Assembly: GCA_002269645.1 (NCBI GenBank)
Contig: NIVC01000486.1
Location: 124,001-188,000, forward strand
Length of the DNA: 64,000 bases
Direction of reading: 5' to 3'
Origin: Macrostomum lignano
Lineage: Eukaryota
Positions 1-10,600 of the stretch are shown one piece after another. A model generated the notes under the pieces. That model saw nothing but the letters and a program-made list of their open reading frames with translations. It had not been told where the DNA came from and searched no databases. Every line of letters begins with the position of its first letter. The first letter of the stretch is position 1. Position numbers and translations under genes: made by a program.

Positions 1-1
1 T

Positions 2-538
2 ATTGCGGCTGAGCAAAACTATTTCTTCGACGTCGGAGCCTCCGAACCAGCTTCGACTCTAGAGACTGCAGAATTACGTTCGAGCACTTGCATAAATGAG
101 GCTCATGATGAAAGAGCCCGACTGCACGAGAAATGTGTTCGGGCGCTACAGCGCGCAGAAGTTGCCGTGCAGGTAAGAATTTATGCACGTATTGGTGGGA
201 GGGTTACTTAGTAGAGAAAATCGGGACTGTTAACTTCAGCATGTCTTTATTTATACCATCTGTAGGAATACCGCGAAGCAATGGATGAGCTCGAGACTTT
301 CGATCTTCGCAGTCAAGGCGAGTCAGTCTCTGTGTGCTGTACAGGCAGTTCTCTGTTTGCTAACTTCGACCCCGACGCTGACTCCAATAGCCGCTCGCCA
401 TCACCTGTCTTCAACAAGACTGTAAATGTCTGCTCGTACCGCGCTTACGTAGAGGGCCGGCACTGGTCGGAAGATGGAATGAATGGCCTTCTTGCCGCAG
501 CCGCGGAGGAAACTGAGGGAACAATATATTCGATGTAG
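2..538 (+). CDS. 3' exons of an unidentified spliced gene (exons <2-172 and 266-538), nested antisense in a TECPR1 intron
   Basis: Open frame from base 2 to CAG|GTAAG at 172/173; acceptor ctgtag|GAA at 265/266 continues in frame into ORF 281-538. No family recognised. Confidence 0.5.
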
Positions 539-922
539 CCCGTTTCTCCTTACAATTATATCCAGAATATATGTACCTGAAAATGGGATTCTGCAAATCC
601 TGAAAATTAGTGATAACTAATTTCCCCCCGTCCCCATCGATCGCGGATCAGCATTGAAATCGGTTAAAGCATTTAACACACATTTCCACAGCTTCTATAT
701 ATTTGTCCATGTACTGGCGGTATAACCGCGATGAACAATGTCATTGATCGGCGAATAATAAAATATAATTCCTCAAGCTTCCACTTTCTGCACTTTCCGT
801 TCCTCTTTTTATTTGCTTCATTTCTTAGTGGCTAAATGATGAATAGTATGAGCTACTTAGAAAGTATTTTGCTAATTACATATAGGATTCCTCGAAACAC
901 CTTCATTTGCACGTGCAGCGCA

Positions 923-3191
923 ATGACGTCCAAAGCTTCTGGCAAGGCATCCGTGAAGACAGCTACGTCGGAATCGTCTACAGAAAAAAGAAAGCGCAAG
1001 GCTTCCAACCATTGTCAGCAGCCTGCTAAACCACACAGCAAGAAGCCATCCAAGAAAAGTAAGTCGCATTCCTGCGACTCGGTTGCAGCGCCTCGAGGTT
1101 CGAAACAGTTGAATCCAACTGCTGTCTCGGCGCCTCCAACTGCTGTCTCGGCGCCTCCTGCTGCTGTCTCGGCGCCTCCTACTGCTGTCTCGGCGCCTCC
1201 TGCTTCTGTCTCGGCGCCTCCTACTGCTGTCTCGGCGCCTCCTGCTTCTGTCTCGGCGCCTCCTGCTGCTGTCTCGGCGCCTCCTGCTGCTGTCTCGGCG
1301 CCTCCTGCTGCTGTCTCGGCGCCTCCTGCTGCTGTCTCGGCGCCGCTAGCTGCTATATGGGCGCTTCCAACGGCTGTCTCGGCGCCTTCAACTGCTGCAG
1401 CCCCGACTGAAATTGCAGTGTCGCTCGAGGCTGAAAACGCTGATAACGATCAGGAAATTGGTGAAATGCAGGGCTACAAAATGGAGGACAAAGAGCGTTT
1501 TTTGTGTTTCAATACAAACACTTTCACATGCGTACAGAGGTTGTCTCCACATCAAGTAGTACTGCGCCGCTCATTGTGTCTCGTCGACGTGGAGTGATTG
1601 GGCGAATCGCGATTGGCGAAGAAGTCCTGATCGTAACCGCAAAAACAAATCGCCAGAAGGCTAAGCGCTGGTTTGGCACCTTAATCAAGGGGCCATTCCA
1701 GAGGAAGGCCGAGGCTACCGGCGAGGCGGCCATGACAAACGTTCATGCCACACCAGTTGACCTGCCTAGAGCGTGCGCCTCATGCCACAGCCTTCTCATA
1801 GAGCTTCAGCGGAGCTCGAGCCTAGTAGAAACACTGCGTGAGAATCGTTCCCGTATATAACTACCAGTATACTCGCATAAATCGTGATCGCAAAGATGTT
1901 ACATATTGCCTCGGTAATAATGCGAATGCGCTTTTTCACAATTATATTGCACAGGTACTGAACTCCGCAAGAAGGCGTCATTGGAGCAGACTTTCAACAG
2001 CCAACTGGACGCCCTAAAGGAGCGAAATAAAGTACTGACGAAGATGGAGTCGTCACTTCTCCGCGAACTCCAAGCAGAGCAGCGGCGCGCTGCCGCACTG
2101 GAGCACAGAGCGACGCAGTGCAACGCCTTACTTACGCAAGCCTCGACCATGCTCTGTGGCAATGTGTCGGCAGCGACAGTCGTCCTATCCGACGAACATT
2201 CAGAGGAAGAAGCCGTCCACACCGAGCAGCGTCAGGATAGCGAGGCAGACTTTGCAGTACAAGTCGACACGTGCTTGTCAGCTGCACAGACACGTGCATT
2301 GCTCAATGTGTGTGCGAAAAGCTCCGCAGCGGGTGAAGCGGCGTCTTCCGACTCCTCTTTGAAAGTGCCGCTGTCGGAAAAGCAGCCGTACGTCCTTGTC
2401 AAACCAAAAAGAAAAATGGAGCTGCAGACGAGCTTGCAGAATTGGAAGGATGTTGTCGCCAAGACGAGTGCCGAGTTGGTCCAAACGGAGGGGCACATGG
2501 AGATGCGCAGCACTGCACGTCTGACAGTGATACGCAGCCTTCTTCGATGCCTGTTTAGCGACGCGGAGTTTACTAACAGCTCCATCTCCGGTCGCAAGTC
2601 ACGGGGCCGTGTCTGCCTGGCAGCCAATCCGGCGAAGATTGCCACCGCGGAACTGTGGCTGTCAGCTGAAGGCGTTGACTACAGTCCGCGCGATTTTAAG
2701 CGGTCGTTTAACAGGTGCGAAGATAAATATATGAATGCTGCTTCTATAGCTTTATATTAAAGGCGCTCGTATAAAGCTATAGAAGCAGCGCTTAGCACCT
2801 TACCTTAGCGCTAAGGTGCAGCTAGGTTTTAACTATACATTCCAGGTGCACTGAGACGGCTCGGAAGCGCGCCGGACAATCGGTCAGTACGACAGTAGCA
2901 AGCAGTGGACGGCGTGCTGCGGCAGCTGTAGGCAATAAAAAGCCGATACGCAAGCGCGGCGCGAAGGTAGCTGCGAAGACGACATCAACATCGGCAGCAA
3001 GCTCCTCAGCTTCAGTGGTACTCCGTGTTATCACTGAAGGCGAGGCGGATGAGGCGGAGTCGCACGCCTTGCCTATTTCCTCGATGACGACATCTGCCAA
3101 TCAAATCGTTTCAGATGTCAGTCACCTCATGGGCGACAAGCATGCTGAACGTGCTGAACAGGACATGCTGAACGTCTTGCTCGATTCGTAA
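923..3191 (+). CDS. BEN-domain protein with N-terminal Ala/Pro repeat and coiled coil (exons 923-1460, 1538-1837 or -1852, 1955-2714, 2846-3191)
   Basis: GT-AG junctions join ORFs 836.., 1504.. and 1981.. in consistent phase. The last exon (g TGC ACT GAG...TAA 3191) is open. RSLLRCLFSDAEFTNSSISG...NPAKIAT...FKRSFNRCTETARKR resembles the BEN domain pattern by eye. Confidence 0.65.
1117..1400 (+). repeat. Coding 21-bp minisatellite encoding (P[TA]AVSAP)n
   Basis: About 13 copies of ctgctgtctcggcgcctcc(t/a)n inside the BEN gene exon 1. Confidence 0.9.
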
Positions 3192-4163
3192 ACTGCAGTT
3201 AGTGTGGTACAAGGATCGTAACATTTTGGTTGTAGGATTCTAGGATTTCTGGTTCTTTAATCGGTTCTTAGGAAAAAGGAAAATTTTTTGATTAAAGTCA
3301 GGATTGAAGCGGCTCTCCTTTCGGGCCGGGGACCGCTTGGCTCACCTATCCTATAATTTTTCATTTATCTTTTTTTCTCGTTTTTTTTCTGTTAAAAACC
3401 GCAATTTGCAGTTTTCTGATTCGGAGGTTTTTTGGTACTACGCACGGCAATTTCGGAGACAAAATTCGAACGTAATTATGATATGATCACACTCGAATGA
3501 GTGATATACAGTTTGCTTTGATCGAAGAGGTATGGCCTCTGATATACAATGAGCAACTTTTACAGTTCCACTAAACATGTAATGGACTGTATTAGCAATA
3601 GGCTAATATTAGCAACATCATGGGAAGCTATGTGTAGTACCCTTTTTCCTCCGGGTTCGATCTTTCCAACTTGATTCCCTGTTATGTCGATCAAACCCAT
3701 ATATAAGTATTGCCTAAATTTATATATACATATTTTAAAGTGATGTGTTCACTTTAAATTTCAATTTTAAAACAACGTTTTGCAAACTTAAAAGTCAACC
3801 ATTTCGAGGCCGCCTTCCAAAACTACACTTGTAACACTTCTCTAGTACACTTCCTAAAGCAACGTTTTTGTGCTTTTTTGGTCATTTCGCAATTTGACAA
3901 TTTACCGCATTTGTCACTCACTAGCATTAAAATATAGACTATACGTCTATATTCTGTCCCTAAGTATAAGCATTTTTGCCGCTTGGCTTCAATTTAATAC
4001 AACATTTCTTATATACTCGGTGAATAAACTGAAATACAATTTACAGTGCCAGTCTGGATGTTAAGAATGACGTCAAGGATGACGTCCATTTTTGCTATTT
4101 TCACAAATTAATTGACACCATTGTGGCTACGCTATTATATTTGAGGCCTTTACTTACTTTTCT

Positions 4164-4330
4164 GTCCGCATTTCACCCGCTTTTAATCCGCCTGCTCGTT
4201 CGAATCGCCAAATGAAGCGATTTCGTCCGCATTTCACCCGATTTTAATCCGCCTGCTCGTCCGAATCGCCAAATGAAGCGATTTCGTCCGCATTTCACCC
4301 GCTTTTCATCCGCCTGCTCGTCCGATTTGT
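4164..4330. repeat. 62-bp tandem repeat (about 3 copies)
   Basis: gtccgcatttcacccg... starts at 4164, 4226 and 4288. Confidence 0.85.
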
Positions 4331-4670
4331 TTAGTCAGTGCTAAAGTGAAACGGACGAAGCATCGGCAGATAAACGGATCAAACACCGGACTAACAAGCG
4401 GACGAACGTCACGTGAGGTGAAGTTTTCGTCCGCTTTCGTAACTTTTCGTCCGCTTTGTCCGATTTTCCCTTATGGAAAAAATACATTATCAACCGGACG
4501 AACTATCGGATAAGTGAGCGGACGAAAGAACCGGACCAAAGTCCAGGCGGGAAATTTCCTTTTTGACAGACAATACTCTAGGTTGGGTAAACAGTGGGAG
4601 TAAATAATCTAGATTTTCATCAGCAAATGCCTCGTCATCTTCCTAGAAAGGTTTCTTAGAAAACATTTAC

Positions 4671-7600
4671 CTGCAAAGCGTGATAGCAATTCTCAGTGTA
4701 GACAGCCAGACAGGCTGGCCGATTTGACAGCTGAGCAACGCAGGTGACGGACTCCAACAGTATGCGCCGCTCGGCTCGCTGCGCTGCCGACTTGCCGCCG
4801 CCAGTCTGCTGCTGCTGCTGCCGACGGCGCGTAGCCGGGGTGAGCACCAGCTCGGCCTTGGCGCCGCCAGCCGATGCCACCAGTGCCAGCTGGGCCTCGC
4901 AGCCTCGGCCGGTCTCGTGATGCCAGTGCGTGACCTTCTCCGCTTTCCACAGGCCGGACTGTTTAAATGGGCAAGATTTGAATTGAACGCATTCAGCGGC
5001 TGACTAAATTGAGGACTGTCTAAAGAGAGTAAGGGCCGTATGCAGAAAGCTTAGTCCAGACTAGCTAGTCCGGACTTGGGTAGTTCAGTCTATAGTCTAT
5101 GGTCTAGCTACCCTAGTTCTGCTATAGTAGACCGGTCTAACTTTGTGTTTCTGCATACCAAATCCAAGTCCAGACTAGCTTTTCAAGACCGGACTACCCT
5201 AGACAGAGCTTTCTGCATACGGCCCTAGAAGTACTGACTCTCAACAGCTCAACAGTCAATACATTTAAGCGCCTATCTTAGCAGGGCCGCTGTACACTTT
5301 GGGCCGTATGCAGAAAGCTTAGTCCAGACTAGCTAGTCCGGACTTGGGTAGTTCAGTCTATAGTCTATGGTCCAGCTACCCTAGTTCTGTCTATAGTAGA
5401 CCGGTCTAACTTTTGTGTTTCTGCATACCAAATCCAAGTCCAGACCACAGATTCTATAAACACTAGATGGCTCACTCAGCGAAAAATCTTGCTCCCAAAC
5501 AGATCGTCTATGGTTGGAATCGCTATTTTTAGCCCTAGTGTTAAACGCAGGCTTTTAATGTGTTCTATACTCTTCTACTTTGTTCTATTCTTCTAGCTAT
5601 GGAAGTGAAAGCGAGGCATTTACCTCAAAATTGCCGAACTTTTTGCCATAACGTTTGATAGAAAAATCGAAAATGTCTCAAATTTCACACTGTCATTTGT
5701 TTAGATAAAAGTAGCATACTGTGAAAAGCTGACGTCAATAGGACCTGCTTGTCACACGTTATACCACAATTATCGGCACTTTAAAACAAAGGCATATCGT
5801 AAAGAAGTCTCTCAAAGTGCCGATAATTGTCGCATAAATTCTGATTGGAAAATCCTACTGCCTTCAGATTTTCACAACCTGGTGCCATCATTTGTGGAGG
5901 TGGCTGGGTAAAACTGGAAGCCTCCGAATTTGTTGAATCAAAATTTATAGCCGTTCCACTTCAGCCAAGAGCCTGGTTCATGTCGCATGGCAGCTGGGCA
6001 AGAGTACGCCTCTTCCACAAAATGATCGCTGCACACTTTTAAGTCTCTGCGTCGAACTTCCTCGAGCGGGAACGGCAGCTCCAGAACCTGCATCCATCGC
6101 GTAGCGGTTGCCGTATCTTGAGGAAATCGGTGCAGCTTGATAGGGGTGTTTTGAGGCGGAGAGGTAACTGCCTTATTTTTGCAGCCTGCAGCACAGCAGA
6201 TTTTTTAGTTCATTACCAGAAGCTTGTTGGTCTTCGCCTTCGGTGTTCAGTGTCAAATATATAATTCTATCTAGTTGTTGCAGGAGAAAGAACTGGGTGT
6301 GCTAGAATCAGTGAGAGAAAAGTTTTGTTGCTGGCTCAATGCTAGTTATAAGCTAGCTGCTGGCGCGGGGGGGGGGGGGCGAAGTCTCGCGAGCGAGGGA
6401 TTCCAACCATAGACAGTGAGAATTTGGCCTCCACTGAAGGAATGGAGAGTGAGCCATCTAGTGTTTATAGAATCTGTGGTCCAGACTAGCTTTTCAAGAC
6501 CGGACTACCCTAGACAGAGCTTTCTGCATACGACCCCCTGTGTGAGCGTGTATATAAGCAGCCGAAGGCGCAGCGATAGGGTGCCAAAGGCCCTCTTTGA
6601 GTGTTACTATAATTAGCTCGTAGCTTTCTACGACTTCTAAGGGGGAAGTTGTAGCCCAGTGGCTAGAGCGTCGGACGACTTGAAGGTCAGGGGTTCGATT
6701 CCTGATCCCACTGGAACAATGTGTTCTTGAGCAAGACACTTAACTCTGCATCGCTTCAGTTCATTAGCTGGGGGGGGGGTGACTGAGGCTGTGTGCGGCG
6801 ACCCCCTAAGTCCTTGGACTGAACAGCCGTACGCAGCTCAAAAATAGGACAATTTCAAACCAAGTCTAAAGCCTTTAGGGAGGATTAGCCAACAGCTTTC
6901 GGTTGTATCTATCATCGATAATAATTTTTATCTACTTAGTAAGTAGTACAAAATAAAAAATTAAGACTGAATTGAAAGGTAGAAATCTTAGAAAACAACT
7001 GTAATAACCGCTGTGTCACAACAGACAAATTGAAAATGAATGTTACATCTACTCTCTTAATTAGTACAATTAGGATATATTACTTATACTTAGGCATCAT
7101 ACACTTAACGTAAAAAATATAACTAATAAATGCTTTAAAGAAGTATATGTTAGCAATGCATAAATATAGTGGAGAATTGCATACGTATAATTATAAATAT
7201 TGATGCATATTTATATGTGTTCAGCAGTCGATCTCATTGCCATAAGTGAGCCAATTTGATAACCAAAAATTTTATTAACATTGGCAGCAACTTCCAACAG
7301 TTACCAAAATGCCACAACAGATTTATAACAGAACTTCCTGTTTAGCAAACTTCATATCAGCACAGACATGCTGCTAGCACAGCTAAGTCCACCTGTTGGC
7401 CTTTAATACTTACTTGAATTTCGGCTGGCAATTAAACAGCAACACAACTTTTGCAACATGTACTTTTAGTTATTCAAAATAGCTATATGCATATCCATTA
7501 GCAGGGCTCCTAGAGAAGAAAAAAGATAAAGTTTTTTAAATCTTTGAATTTCTACTAATAGTAGAATAATTTGAATCGAAAAATTCAAAATCGAAATGAC

Positions 7601-10600
7601 GACAAAGTTTATCACGACTGCCCATCTAATCCAAACACCGGCACCTGCCGCAAACAGAGGAGAAACACCTATCTGAGACCACTGAGTTAAAATTCCGTTT
7701 TAGAGTATATAACTAGCCATAGCAACGAATCCCATTGACATAACAAGGCACTCAATTAGCAAAGCATTGATAAAACTTTATACAGGGTGAACATTTAAAC
7801 TTGCCATGTCCGGCTGTCATATCAAGACATTCTGAGACTCGAACTCAATAGATTGATTCCACGAGCAGCCTGGCATATTCATATGTTTTGGGCTTGTGCT
7901 GTGCTTGCATCATTCACGCAACTGTGATTACGACTATAATCCCAAGGACTCGGGGTCAGCGGTTTGAGCATAGATGCTTAAAAGACGTATAGAGGAGTAG
8001 AGGGAGGAAAACAAGAGTAAGAGGGGAGTATAGGGAGGAACCGAGGGTAGAGGGGAGTAGAGGGAGGAACCGAGGGTAGAGGGGAGTAGAGGGAGGAACC
8101 GAGGGTAGAGGGGAGTAGAGGGAGGAAAAAAGAGGTTAGAGGGGAGTAGAGGGAAGAAAAATAGGGTAGAGGGGAGTAGAGTGAGGAATGAAGGAAGGTA
8201 GAGGGGAGTAGAGGGAGGAATCAAGGAGGGAGGAGGGGAGTAGAGGGAGGAAAAAAGAGGTTAGAGGGGAGTAGAGGGAGGAAATACATGCAAAGGACAA
8301 GAGAGGGGCTACAGAGAACTGAGTGAATAACGCAGCACAGACAGGCAGCCTCACCTCCTCCTTCGCAACGCTGCCGAAGTGAGCAAAACGGGGGCTCTTG
8401 TACTCGCGATTGTCCCGCTGCACCAGCTGGTACAGCACTGCGGACTCGAGAGCCGACAGGTCCAGCTGGGAGTCGCAGCTGCAGCCGCCGCCACGCCGCC
8501 TGGCCGGATGCCAGAGCGTTGAGATCGCGCCGCCAAGCAGCGGCAGAGCGGAGGCGGACAAATCCATCACGGCCAGAAGCAGCGGAGCTTCATAGGCGGC
8601 GCACTTCTCAACGCCGCCGCCTACAACAGTTGCAGCAGCGAGAGAGGCGGGCATCATCGGCAAGGGCGGCGGATCGACAAACTGGATGAAGCCGGTCATC
8701 TGGCGGCTTAGCCGGGCCTCATCGGACTCGGCACTCTCTTCGCCTGCCTCTTCTTCTTCGTGTTGACCTTTTTCGTCCGCTTCCTCGGCGGCTACGCCAA
8801 GTTCTACACTGTCTGCCGCCGAGGATGCTGCGAAAGCGCCGGAACCGGAAGCGGCAGCTGCTGAGGCGCTGAGACTGAGAACTGCGCCGCTAGAGGAAGA
8901 CTCTGCAGGATTGAATGGCGTGTAAATGCTCGACTAAATAAAACACTTCTCAAAGTGAAATAGGCATAAAATAAGTCTAATCTAGCTAAATTAGGCACTA
9001 AATAGACATTAAATTAGGTTTTTATACCCTAAAAAACTCTGTAGATGTTTGACTACACTCTAGAAAAGAAAGAGTACAGACTCAAAAAGGCAGCCAGAAT
9101 AGACTTAGGAAGGTTTAAGTAGGCTGTAGCCTAGTGGCCAGAGCGTCGGACTCACGACTGAAAGGTCGGGGGTTCGATTCTCGACCCACTCGGAACAATT
9201 TGTGTCCTTGAGCAAGATCATTAACTCAGAATTGCTTCAGTTTACTCAGCAATAAAATTGGTGCCAGCAGCCTATTAAGACAGTTGTACTCGTAATTAAT
9301 TATTATTATTATAAGTCTCCTGAGTAGGCCCAAACTTTTAATAAGGATTTTGAGTAGGCCCTAGCCCATAGTAACAAGGTTTCTGAGTCAGACTTTACTC
9401 CTCAATTAATAAGGCTTCTGATGAGTAGACTCCGATGAGTCGTTCTGAGCAGATGAGCAGACTCAGCAGATTGACTTACCCAAATTAGCGGCCGACATCG
9501 ACGACGTAGAGGCGGTGGCAGCGATGACGGCCTCCGACATGCGCCGCAGGTAGCGCCGCACGCAGTCCGGATAGCCGATTGGCAGGCAGAGCCGCTCCCA
9601 GGTTTTGCCAACCAGCAGCTCTTTGCGCGACTCGATGCCGGTCCGGTAGAGCAGCTGATTGCTCACCAGGTCGATGCCCCACACCTGCGGCGGCGGCGAC
9701 AGCGGTGGTTATGAAGAAGACCATAAGCTTAATCTAAACTAAATTTAGTAACCGCCATTATTGTAACGTTTATCATAAAAAGTAGACACTTTCATATCAC
9801 TCTACTAATAGTAAAAATGTTCGAAGATTATTTGTAAAAAGTAGTACAGGGACATGTGTTCGACAGGCTACTCATTCTCATTCTCATTGGATGAGCCAGA
9901 TTGGGCCTGCCGCCCTAGGCTGAGTTTCGTCCGTCTGACTTTCACCTCTATCCTTACTGCTCTCTTATTGGCTGAACCAAATTGGGCCTGCCCCCTAGGC
10001 TGAGTTTCGTCCGTCTGACTTTCACCTCTATCCTTACTGCTCTCTTATTGGCTGAACCAAATTGGGCCTGAACCTAGGCTGAGTTTCGTCCGTCTGATTT
10101 TCACCTCTATCCTTACTGCTCTCTCATTGGCTGAGCCAGATTGGGCCTGCCCCCCTAGGCTGAGTTTCGTCAGTCTTGCGCTCACTTGTGTACATCCAGT
10201 TAAATGCTTGTTGTTCATCCTTAACTCCATATGCTACTGAGGCCGCCAACCCCGAGGAAGGAAAGGAAGTTTTAGCTGCCACATTAAATCTAAGTGACAC
10301 TGCCCAGATAATTACTGAGTAGACTACCTAACTAGTTAGTCCTAATTAGTCCTAAGACCTAATTAAGACTAATTAGGTCTTATTAGGTCTTATTAGGTCT
10401 TATTAGGTCCTAAGACCTAATAAAGACCTAATTAGTCCAGCAGTTCTTGAGATCTTGAGATTTTGAAGTTCAGTTTTGAAAAATTTACGAAAACAAGTGA
10501 CATTTTTAAATAGCAAAATTTCGACATCTTTTCGGCAGCAGTGCCAATCCACGCACCTGATCTGTAGGACTAACGCTGACCTGCCTGAACAGGCCAATCA

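Larger units (their letters stand above)
5301..6536. mobile_element. Second copy of the same MITE, split by a 1-kb insertion
   Basis: 5301-5445 and 6479-6536 together rebuild the 5033-5225 element. Confidence 0.85.

Noticed and set aside
2822-3100. Minus-strand 92-aa ORF convergent with the BEN ORF, with the hairpin as a shared terminator
   Set aside because: The + strand has a GT donor at 2715 and an open in-phase exon 2846-3191 completing the BEN motif. The minus ORF is the antisense shadow and the hairpin is intronic.
3307-3338. GC-rich hairpin aagcgg...ccgctt as a Helitron 3' end
   Set aside because: Short imperfect stem, not followed by CTRR.
6366-6380. Long G or C homopolymer runs (also about 6770, 26612, 26812, 51922)
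   Set aside because: No consistent context; length may be a sequencing artefact.
6641-6715. Functional tRNA genes (also 9118, 38455 and 46460)
   Set aside because: A/B boxes are present but there is no complete cloverleaf, and each continues into a SINE body.
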